A DNA stretch of 55,679 nt, filler included, from Jimgerdemannia flammicorona (lineage: Eukaryota): assembly GCA_003990765.1 (NCBI GenBank). It is 2 parts of 2 records of this genome, joined end to end, with 100 filler letters (N's around TTAATTAATTAA, not from the genome) between each part and the next. Parts side by side here need not be neighbours in the genome. Positions count along the whole stretch, not along the records: positions 1 to 27,796 come from RBNJ01000602.1; 1 more part is not named here. One strand, written 5' to 3'. This document shows positions 14,270 through 24,600 of this stretch, piece by piece (the stretch's first letter is position 1; every line of letters begins with the position of its first letter). Below the pieces are notes generated by a model. It was not told the origin of the DNA. It saw nothing but the letters and a program-made list of their open reading frames with translations, and ran no database searches. A program made the translations under genes and the position numbers.

Positions 14270-15200
14270 CTCCAGCTTCTAAGCCTGGGCTGGAGTACAA
14301 ATCTTACTACAATTGCCATTTTTGCCATTAAGTTTGCCCAAGCATCACCTGGAAGTATTACCAAACTAATTTCCCAGATGCTCCAAATCTTACAGAGAAA
14401 AGGCCTTACAAACCAGACATTAGACATACTTTCACTGCAGCCAATAAACATATTAAGAAAGTACATAATGACCAACTGAGGTAAGAAGTCATAAGAGCAA
14501 TAGAAAACAATGCAAAAATTATAAAACATTTGTCATATCACATTGGCTTCAAGGTAAATACCAAAGTATAGAACAAGTGAGGTTGTCTAGATAGAATTGT
14601 CATTATAGATGAATTAAAAAACTACTGGTCATATTTGAATGAGTACTGGTAAAGAATGACAAAATGCTTTATATGTGACTGATAAATAGCAGACTTGTGC
14701 ATTTTGTTGAGAGGGGTGGTGGTAGAGGAGATGGAGAGGTGAGAGAGATCAGTATCAGTGGAGGAGTCAGCACCAGTGGAGAGGTCAGTGAAGAGGTTGG
14801 CACAGAGGAGGTCAGTATAGAGGAGGTTGGTATAGGGGAGGTTGGTGCAGAGGAATATAGGAAGGTTGGTACAGGGGAGGTTGGCATGGGAGAGGTTAGT
14901 ATGGAGGAATATGGGGAGGTCAGTATGGAGAAGATCAGTACAGAGGAATATGGAGAGATTAGCATGTGGGAGGTCAGCATAGAGGAATACAGAGAGATCA
15001 GTATGGAGGAATACAGAGAGGTCAGTGCAGAGGATAAAATAAAGGTTAGTATAGAGAAGATTGGTGCAGAGAAGGATATAGAGGAGGAGGATATAGAGGA
15101 AAGTGATTTGGAATATATAGAGGAAGATGGTTCAGAATATGAGAAGGAGGAGAATTAGTTAGTTTATAGTGATGAAGAGGAGGAGAATTAGTTAGTTTAT
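14270..15200 (+). pseudogene. Decayed unknown ORF inside the hAT element (Cys/His N-part, acidic 24-nt-repeat C-part)
   Basis: One frame reads PGLEYKSYYNCHFCH*VCPSITWKYYQTNF...HIKKVH...CFIC with only transition-type stops, followed by Glu-rich repeats (EVSMEEYG) in ORF 14697-15158. Confidence 0.5.
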
Positions 15201-15216
15201 AGTAATGAAGAGTAAG

Positions 15217-15648
15217 TAGTACTCCTAAATGAATTGAATCAATTCAAATCAAATTAAATTGAGGGTCATTCAAATCGAATTGAATTGGAGATTTTTCAAT
15301 TTGAATTGAGTTTGAATCAAATTGAATTCAAATTAAATTGAGGGTCCAATTTGAAACCTATTTTTAGAAATGTAATAACTCGACGAATACATGTCCAAAT
15401 TCAATAATCTTTAGCTTGTTAGATTCTCCTATATAATAGAAATCTAACAAGCTAAAGATCATTGAATTTGGATATATATTTGTTGAGGTATTTAATTTCT
15501 AAAAATAGAGTTCAAATCAGACCTTGAATTGAATTGGACCTCAATTCAAATTGATTCAAATCAAATTGGACCTCAATTCAATTTGAAGTTTTTGAATTAA
15601 ATTGAATTTGGATCCAATTTAATTTAATTTGATTCATTAGAAGCACTA
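15217..15648. mobile_element. hAT-type MITE
   Basis: TIRs TAGTACTCCTAAATGAAT / ATTCATTAGAAGCACTA; perfect 8-bp TSD AGAGTAAG; internal palindrome. Confidence 0.9.
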
Positions 15649-15844
15649 AGAGTAAGATCTGTTCACACTGATAAGTTCTTTATTTTCCTGATTTACTTCC
15701 AATTTCATTTTGATTTCTGATTTCTAATTATATTTCTGTTTGTTTATTCTAAATATATATCTTAGATGTATAATATATTCTTTTTGGTATCTTATATCTT
15801 AAAGACAGATTAAAGATAGATCTGTGTCAGATTAAATATGAGTC

Positions 15845-16045
15845 AGAGTTGGGTTACATATATTTCTCGAGTTGGGTTAAAGATGGGTTATATATAATTC
15901 TGAGTTGAGTTAAAGATAGATGATATATAATTCTGGATTAGATTAAAGATGGGTGACATATAATTTCAGATCAGGTTAAAGACAGGTAACATATATTTCT
16001 GAGTTGAGTTAAAGACAGATGACATATAATTCCAGATCAGGTTAA
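15845..16045. repeat. hAT subterminal array, inverted copy of the 33-bp unit
   Basis: ~6 units GGGTTAAAGATGGGTGACATATAATTC..., reverse complement of 9350-9580. Confidence 0.9.
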
Positions 16046-16249
16046 ATATATATACAGGTCAGCTCAGGTTGTAATATACTACTTAGAAAATTGTCTACCA
16101 AAATCTTGTAACTAATATGATAGTAAAGAAAGAAGTCCAAACTCTTAATCTCCTTATAAACTCTCATAAAGTTTCTTATACTTATTTGCATAACTCTAAT
16201 ATTGCTTCTGTTTCTTTATCTACCAATCTTTGTTTTTCTCAAATTTGCT

Positions 16250-16252
<3 letters not shown>

Positions 16253-16328
<76 letters not shown>

Positions 16329-17484
16329 GACTCAATGTCCTATAGATTTTTAATAGAAGGGAACCTAGACTATATAGATCAAAACCCTCTTCCACTATCT
16401 ATCAAGCACTGTCCTCTTATTAATCTAAGCTAGCTATTGTCTAGTAGCTTGACCATACCAGATACAGTAGGACCAATAGTGGCCTATATCTCATTCTATA
16501 TACCATACTCTCTCTACTATCAGGGGAAACTCAACCATATGCCAATGACCAAAAGTACATGCCTGAAAACCCAATGTATATATAAGACTATGCTCAAGCT
16601 GAATAGAACAGCCCCTGCCACCCCAAAGAGAATAACAGATAAAGAAAAACTCTCATTAAAGTACAACATAGTGGGTAGGGCCTGGTTCTCCCAGTTAAGG
16701 TGAGTAAAGGACTTACATATGAGACAGGAGAATACTTCCAATATCTCACTACTCAAGCCTGCAAGCCTTGATTACATTGCCATATCAGCTCTCAGTTCTA
16801 GTTAAGTATAGTCAAGATACCTGAAATGAGTAGCCTTGGGCCCCCCGACCCCCCCTGATGACTAGGGCCCAACTCACCGAATCACTAAAAGAAGCTGAAA
16901 GTGATACCTATTACCTAACCATACTACATCAATCAAAAGACCCCACCAAAGTAGTATCTATCCCAGCTCCAACAACTGCCCCCAGCCTAATATCCTACTA
17001 GTTTACTGTTATCACTCTTCCTCCTATCTGTAATAACCATCTCGCCTCCTATCCTGATAATACCTGAAAAGCAGTCACCTACACCAGAACCACACTTATC
17101 AGAAAGTTTGCCAAAGCCAGAGAGCCCTACTATAAGTACTAAAAACCTATAGATAACCTATACTGAGTACTTGATACCCAAGGTCAACCAACTTCCTACA
17201 TAGTCCAAAACACACTGAGACAATATCTTATTGATGATAGCAAAAGGAAGAAAATATCATACCAAAACAGATATACTCCAGATATAGTCAAAAATATCAG
17301 AAACTGCAAAAAAGTAGAGAAGACACCAATCTGATACCAATAAAGAAACAACTCATCACTATTGCCTCCCTCCTACTGTCCTATAATAAGTACAATAAAC
17401 CAACCCAAGATAAAGAAGATAATAATTGTGGAAAATAAACTTGGAAAATTACCTACCAAACCATTATAACCAGTAAGATAGTGG
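16253..17484 (-). mobile_element. Element X, near full-length copy
   Basis: PolyT 16253-16324; perfect TSD TCAAATTTGCTCTC at 16239-16252 and 17485-17498. Confidence 0.92.
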
Positions 17485-18087
17485 TCAAATTTGCTCTCTT
17501 TCTCATTGCCACCTTAGATGGAAAATCATTACTATCCTCACTATTTATCTCCAAATCAGATGACTGCTGGTACAATAGTGATATACTTTTTCTTGATAGT
17601 GGAGAATTAAATAGAGGAATAATCACAATACTAGGAGCAGAAATACGTCCTGTTTCCTCTATTTTGTTTTCCCTTTTATGCTTTCTTTCGCGTTTCTACA
17701 AGGTATAATAGGGTCAATAAGATTGTTAGTTGGAACTTTTTTTTTTTTTTTTAATTAATTCCAAAAGAAACTTACATATTTTTCATCGGATTTCTCATGG
17801 TCCGGCAACGCGTGCTTTAGTGTCTTTATTGCTTTATCAGTCACGATTGCTCGGTTTCATCCATGGTGCCCACCAACGCGCGTTTAGCGTATTTTAACTG
17901 TATAGTAAAATTAGTACCTTATCAACATAAAATTAATTCACCAACCTGTAGCAATTCAATTTCTGTCTCATAACGTCTTCTATTAACTGACTCCCAGAAA
18001 GCATTAACACCTTCGGAAGACTTCTCATTCTTGTAATAAAAAGTGTAGAAAAGGATGTTATTACTTTTCGGGCACTGTGTTATAAAA

Positions 18088-18318
18088 GACTGAGATGGGT
18101 GACCATGACACGGGACGTAGCCTGACAACCGGCCAGGGCGTAGCCAGCCAGTTGCGTCATGGCAATGGAACGTAGCCTATTCAAGAGCTCCCGATTGAGG
18201 ACGTAGCTCACTCCCCAGCCAAGGCGTAGTCGGCCGGTTCCTCGGGGTTTGTCAACACGCCATATAACACGGAGTCATAATGGGACGTATTCTAGCCCTC
18301 GAACCACCCATCTCAGCC
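18088..18318 (-). ncRNA. Putative structured intronic RNA in intron 1 of gene A
   Basis: Perfect 12-bp inverted repeat CTGAGATGGGTG (18090-18101) / CACCCATCTCAG (18305-18316) enclosing six CUACG/AUACG motifs, most of them in short hairpins. Confidence 0.6.
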
Positions 18319-18575
18319 AGTAATAAGGATTAATACAGACCTCGTAGTTTTCAAGAGAGACTTCAGCTTTAGTGCGTTTCTCCTCGGATTTGTCGTGGAG
18401 CATTTTCCCGAGGACTTTAAAATATGACCTGTGCTCTTCCACTTTGTTTTCGAAATCCAGCGCGTCTTCTCGATATTTCAAATAGTCGAGCAGTGACCAC
18501 GAATTGTTTTCTTCGAAGTAAGATTCCGCGTTCGGCATAGTGGCTGAATCACGAAATATGCGATATGTAGAAGAT

Positions 18576-19751
18576 TTAGTTCGGTACTGTTAATTTCTGA
18601 GTTATGGCGTACATACAAAACCCATTTTTAGTTCGGCAAGATCAATTATCATTGACAAGAACGAAACTTGGGCATACAGCAAGTGACTCACCTCATCCGG
18701 GCTTGGGGCGTTTCCGCCGTTGCGATTTTTCTTTGTGCCCTGTAAATAATTTAAAATTTTATGCAGGTTCGCTGGGATAGGGAAAAAAGGACCGGCAAGT
18801 GTTTCGGGAACGTTTTATTCAAGAACAACCGAATACTATACCTCGTCTTCCTTGCTCGCGGCTATGGACTGCTTGCCGCTGGACGTCGCTTTGACCTTCG
18901 GCGTGTCCGAGTCGCTCTCCCATTCGTCAAGGTCACCGGTTATAGAAGAATTTTGCTTACCAGCCTTATACAAACACAAATCAATAGTTTCAAAAAAAAA
19001 AAAAAAAAAGAATAAAAAAAAAAAAAAAAAAAAAAAAAGGGGCATTAGAATCACTATATTGACGTCGGCAAATACGTTGTGTCATAGCACTCCTCTGACT
19101 AACCTTCTTTCGGTTCGCATAGCGGATTTCGATACTGTTCCAAAACTCGTCAACATCGAGGCATTTGACTCGATGATTCTATAAAGGAATTAATATGATA
19201 AAGGCGATCCAAAAAAAAAAAAAAAAAAAAAAAAAAAGGACTGACAAGGCAGACCACAACGGGATCTAATGAACGCCATAAGGTCAGGTGGCACGTAGGC
19301 ACCCGCCATAGTTGTGTGAGCATGTTGCCCCTTCTCGGGACTCTGGGGGGCCCCACCTCCGTAAGAGAGGCCGATCCGGCCAAGCTTGCGGACCATGATG
19401 GGATGACACCCTTAAAGTGGACGGCACGTAGGCATCCACCGTAATCATGGAAGTATATTTCCCCTTCTCGGGACTTAACAGGGCCCTCCATACTGCCTGC
19501 CAGCCGGTGACGCTTTAAATAAGAATACTCACCTGAAATTTCTGCAGCAAACGTTTAACGCCTTGCTTGACATTGTCCACTTCGTGTTCAACCATGAATT
19601 CAAGGCATTTGCGGAGAGCGAAGGCCTCAGACCGGAAATCGTAAGTAAAGTCGATTTGATTCTGTCGGTGGCGATAGAAGTCGAGAAACCTATAGTTCTC
19701 GGGCGAATTTTGTTGGAAGTACGCGTATGCACTCGCTAAAGCTGGTTCCAT
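18576..19751 (-). CDS. Orphan gene B, predicted ~161 aa, five exons, unknown function
   Basis: Exons 19533-19751, 19104-19178, 18842-18964, 18692-18739 and 18576-18596 with GT-AG phase-0 introns give an open frame (last exons less certain); exons 1-2 parallel gene A (YF..LD(F/Y)..R...F...E and N......V..FW.S). Confidence 0.65.
19239..19505 (-). ncRNA. Putative structured intronic RNA in intron 1 of gene B
   Basis: Closing stem GGCUGGCAGGCAG / CUGCCUUGUCAGUC followed by C and a 27-U tract; two colinear 64-nt repeats (19290-19353, 19423-19486) with compensatory changes. Confidence 0.65.
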
Positions 19752-19899
19752 CGTTCAAAGAGACGCGTCAAGTGATGTTTTTCACCTAAAATATTTTCCA
19801 ATCGGTGACGTCATCAGGATAGCGACGTGTGACAAGAAAGATATTAGTGGGTTTGAAGGTTATGAAGTTGGTGGTTTGAAGATGAAGGCGCTTGCGACA

Positions 19900-22400
19900 G
19901 AGTCAATGAACTAAAGGAAAACTTAAGCGAGAATTACCAGAAGTAACTCAAGAACCGAGGAAAAAACGAAAATATCAGAAGAGTAGAATATTGTACGGGT
20001 ATATATAGGAGTAACTTCGTGTATTCTTTAAAATGTTCTTGTAGAAGAAATTGCATATGGTAAACAATAAAAACATGAATGAATACAAGAAAGCTCTCTA
20101 TTTTTTAGATGTAGGCTGGTTGCAGTTGCTTCGCCAAGGTTCCCAAGCTCTAACAAGACATTTTTTTGATGGCATAGCTCCATGGTAATATCAAAAGAAT
20201 GCCTAAGTGAAAAACCAAGATGTTTATTGATATTAACGTGACTACCTTAAGCTATGCCGAAGTCCCAGTCTAGTGAGAAATGATTGTGTGACTCTTTTTA
20301 CCTGCTACAAAACTGTTCACGTGATTTTTTAGCAGGCCTAGAAGAAGATAGCTTTTTTTTTTTTTTTTTTTTTTTTTTAACAGACTCATAGTTCCATGGA
20401 TTTTTATTGGAAGAGAACCTAGACTATATAGGCCAAAACCCTCCCCCACTACCTACTGAACAATATCTCCCCATTAACCTAGGCTACTAAATTGTCCAGT
20501 AGTTCTACTGCTCCAGCTATGCCTATCAAACACTAGCTACATTGACTCCTATGATATAGACCAGACTTGTCTGCTCACCAGGACTGGATCATCATTTATA
20601 TATAAGAGCACACCTATACGTCAGATCTAGCAGTACTAGGACTAAATAAAGAATAGTCCTTTAAACCCCAAAAGAAAGCCTAAGGTAAAGAAAAAACCCC
20701 CCAACCAACTAATAGAGAGCAAAGTGGATTCAAAGTGGGTGAGTAAAGGACTTACATGTAGAACCTTCTACAAAGGACTTACATATGGGCTAGGGCCAGA
20801 AAAGACCCCACTCCTACTCTCTGAGCCTGTGGGCCTTGATTACATTACCATATCAGCTCCTGGTTTTAGTCAGATACTGTTAAATGAGGAAGACCCCACT
20901 CTCTAAGTCTGCGGGCCTCAATTGTATTACTACATCAGCTTCTAGTTTCAGTTGAGTACAGCCAGGATACCAGCCCCTACACTACCCCACCCTCTACCAG
21001 CCAATTGAAAGGCCCCACCAAAATATTGTCTGCCCCAGCCCCAATGATCACCTCCAGCCTAGCACCCCACTGATTCACTATTATCACCCTTCCTCCTATC
21101 TATGATGGCCATCTCCTCTCCCATCTCAATAATACCCAAAAAACAGTCACCTATGCCAAAACTATGCTCGCTGAGAAGCTCGCCAAAGCCAGAGGACCCC
21201 ACCACAGATACTAAGAACTTGCAGATAACCTATACTGAGCACTTGATACCCAAGATTGGCCAACTCTCTACATAGCCCAAGATATATCAAAACAATACCA
21301 TATTGGTGATAGCAAAAGGAAGAAGATGCTGCATCAAAACAATATACTCCAGATGTAGCCAAAGATACCAGAAACTACAAAAAAGTAGAGAAGACACTGA
21401 TCTGATACCAATAAAAGGACAACTCATCACCATTGCCCTCCTCCCACTATGCCCATACAGGTATAGCAAACCAACCTAAGGTAGAGGAGATAATAATAGG
21501 GGAAAGGAGACTTGGAAGGTTGCCTACCAAATCTTGTAACTAATAAGGTAGCAGAGAAAGGAGCTAACTTGTAGAAGAAGATAGCACTTTGTATGTCCTG
21601 AAATATGATATGTTCCACAAATTATAGTATCAGCTAACTCTATATATTTAAATCAAGAGCCTCTAAACTGATTTATGTAATATTTATCAGAGCTTATAGA
21701 ATGACTTGCAATTTAAAGCTCATAAAGAGAAAGAGATTTAAGATAAATAAAGATCACCTAACCAAAGTCAAATTAGAATAAAACTATTATAATAGAAATA
21801 CCAAATTGATGAAAGAGCTAAGAAAACTTATTAACTAGAATTATTCTATACTGAAAGATGAGATATTATTCTACAGTATCAATACAGTTACCTATTATAG
21901 TTATAACTGAGCTTAAAATATCTATATATCTTATTTAGATTAATAGATTAATAAAATATATTATCTTAGTACTCATAAAGTATATTTGTTTAGTATCTAA
22001 GATAAAGCTATATATGAGCAAATTAATTATATATTCAATAAGTATGAACTTTTTAGAAAAGGTTCAAATAGTATACTTAGTCTAGTTTTTAATAGAATTA
22101 AATAATTAAATAAAAATAAAAGTTATCTATAATAATATAGGTAGATAAAACAAAAATAATACCACTCTTTAGTTTTACCCATATCTGATAATTGCTAAAT
22201 ATTATAAAACTATTAAGTTTAATTTTATAGTTCTGGACTATATTAAAGTTAAATATAATTACAGTTTTGGTCTAATTAAAAGGCTTTATTACAAAACTAT
22301 AGTAGATTATATAGATTATATTACAGATATAGTAAAAAGATCTAACATTATCAGATTAATAAAGCTTTATTAGGAAAAAAAACTTCAGTTTATATTTACT
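19900..22400 (+). pseudogene. Decayed Sola-like DDD transposase (DNCxGQNKN type), split by an X insertion
   Basis: Degenerate motifs after reverting transitions: HGN..R.P, P.TDLC..C (~21660), YSYD.AQN, INY..DE.E...KG.N, DN.GGQNKNN (~22130-22160), F.VPGH.K..CD..FG.IK; boundaries approximate. Confidence 0.6.
20353..21571 (-). mobile_element. Element X, full-length variant copy with internal duplications
   Basis: PolyT 20353-20378; perfect TSD TAGAAGAAGATAGC at 20339-20352 and 21572-21585. Confidence 0.92.
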
Positions 22401-22845
22401 AGTTTGTATTTATAGCTATTCAGATTTATATTATTTAATATAGTTTAAGTTCATAGCTATTTAGTTTATATTATTATATATTTCTATCTATATATTTACT
22501 ATTTAGTTTATATAGCTATATCTTCAAAAAAAAAAAAAAAAAAAAAAAACTGTTAGCATCTACTAGTTTATATCTGTAGTTATTCAAATTCATATTATAA
22601 AATTATAGTTTGTATATTGTGCTTTTTATTTATATTCTTAGTAATTTAGTTTATAAAATATATAGAAATTTGAGACTTAGTTTAAGACTAGTAAGTATGG
22701 CTATCTAGATAAGAAAAATGATAAACAAATAGTATTTATTATTAAAATAGATCTGTGATTCAACTATTATAATTTTCCAAATAATATTCTTAATACTATT
22801 GATAAAATCTAGATATTTATTACTATATAAACAAAATAGAAATAA

Positions 22846-24600
22846 TGGCATCATCACCTCTAGTTAATAATGAAGAATCCTGTAAGTACACAACCTCTAA
22901 GTCATCAAAATCACACATCACTCTCTGGATGAATCTAGATATCATATACAAGATTATAAAGCTGAGTCAAACTAAAGTTATAAAGTATAAAGCTGAGTTA
23001 ACTCAAAGTCATAGAATATAAGATTTATATAAATTGAATCTTACCAATCAGGACTAAATGTATATACTAAGTACTCAGATATATCAAAATAGAGAACTAC
23101 AACAAACTAAACAAATAATTCCAACTCTTAAATATATATATGAATATAACTACTGAGATCTATAACTATGTCTATACTGATATTTAAAATGTTATTGTCA
23201 ACTGAGCCACACCTCTTCTGTCTCTCATAAATATCCATAGTTTAGTATCTCTCTACTTCATGGAAGTCTGATGGAATACTCTGAATATACTTAGTAAAGT
23301 CTACCAAATTGGACAAATCTCAAGCTACTATCAGATCAGCCATCTTCTGGAAGATATAGTTGAACACTACTATGATTTAGACATTACTCAGATATCTCAA
23401 CACCAGAAGCTCATCATCTATAAATACTGAGAACTCTTTTATGAGTACAGCATCTTTATTTTCCACCTTTGAGTCACTACTGTCAAAATGGTTGTAACTC
23501 TATTCTATGGCCAAATCAACAATATGATATAAGAATTCAATCATAAGTATATCGAGTATATTCAAACTACAGACAGAATCTTCCTATATCCTGATGACCA
23601 CATCTTACAAATATTTCAAGTTAGATATACCATAAAGAATATCTATGATATAATTCAATTTGATGATGATAAAGCAGAAGATAACAATCTCTCTAATGCT
23701 GACATAATCTCTAGCTAAGAATCTCTATTAATCCTAATCACTCCACCAATCTTACTAATAAACTTATAATAGTTCATAACTACTTATGAGATCTATTGGG
23801 ATAATGATCACTAGTATGAGTACTAACCTATATTCATCTCTGATTACTTTAACTATAATAAAGAGATCAGAGAATACAACCTATATCTTTAGACAACTCT
23901 TGAGATCAAACTAATAACTCTACTATCTGAATATAAATGATATAAAGCACAACTACCAACATACTATAACTCTGTAACTTATAGTACTATTACCTATAAA
24001 AGATATATAGACAGCAAATCTGATGAGAGCAAAGATGATATACTCCTTCTTTACTCACTAATACCTTATCTAGTATATGAGATAGATGATGCTATCTTAT
24101 GGAATAGTAATGAAGTTTCAATGTATTATTATCTCAGCAAACAGAGAGAAGTAATTCAAGAACTACTCTTTCTAGATGACTACTTTATCAAAGATGATAT
24201 TATCAATAGTGATATTATTAAAGACTACCCAGATAGTATCTAAATCTATAGATAGCTTAGTAGTTATTAGTATAGTTAGATTAGCCTCATACAATATGAT
24301 AGTGAACTGACTCAGCAGTCAGATGATCTCTTGATATATCAGATTATACTTATACTATGTAACTATATTCTAACTTAGCAAGGTATTATATAGGTACTAT
24401 ATCTATATTTAACCTAATCCAGATAGCCTCTTATATATTAGTATAAATACTCCCTCCCCCAGACCTCAGAATCTCAGACTTGAACAGACTTGAATATATG
24501 AACAATCCTGAATACTTCCCTACAATATTCCTTCATACAACTACTTCTAGTATAGTAATATCATAAATAGTAAATAAACCTATTTAATAACTCATAAACC
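22846..24600 (+). pseudogene. Unidentified decayed coding-like repeat sequence
   Basis: Long CpG-poor stretch reading as one frame with scattered transition-type stops (EPHLFCLS*ISIVLVSLYFMEV*WNTLNILSKVYQ...); no recognised motif. Confidence 0.3.

Larger units (their letters stand above)
9298..16081 (-). mobile_element. Large hAT DNA transposon (~6.8 kb including nested inserts)
   Basis: Imperfect TIRs TAGTGCTCTACAAACCTGATCTGA / TCAGCTCAGGTTGTAATATACTA; 8-bp TSD CTCAGAAG / CTTAGAAA; inverted subterminal repeat arrays; hAT transposase remnant inside. Confidence 0.85.
145..16135 (-). mobile_element. Outer, fragmented copy of non-coding polyA retroelement X, host of nested insertions
   Basis: X-homologous pieces at 145-1560, 2160-2184, 8071-8112, 9269-9297 and 16082-16135 join into one colinear X copy once the TSD-bounded inserts are removed; strongly AT-eroded. 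Confidence 0.8.
16136..18538 (-). pseudogene. Orphan gene A (paralogue of gene B), frameshifted and interrupted by X insertions
   Basis: Exon 1 18341-18538 (MPNAESYFEENNSWSLLDYLKYR...), exon 2 17946-18029 (NEKSSEGVNAFWESV...), further exons at about 17776-17897 (frameshift) and below 17695; GT-AG introns. Confidence 0.7.

Noticed and set aside
10959..16433. Poly-Phe ORFs (10959, 16117, 16230; poly-Lys/Phe at 18.8-19.5 kb)
   Set aside because: Translations of polyA tails or intronic T tracts.
18295..18320. CUGAGA in gene A intron as a TPP riboswitch
   Set aside because: The other conserved TPP segments (GAACUUGAU..G.UAAU.CC.GCG) are missing, and CUGAGA is part of the closing stem.
19320..19480. 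GUC/AGAA/GAAA words as a hairpin or hammerhead ribozyme
   Set aside because: I could not assemble the required helices or a CUGAUGA...GAAA core; left as an unknown structure.
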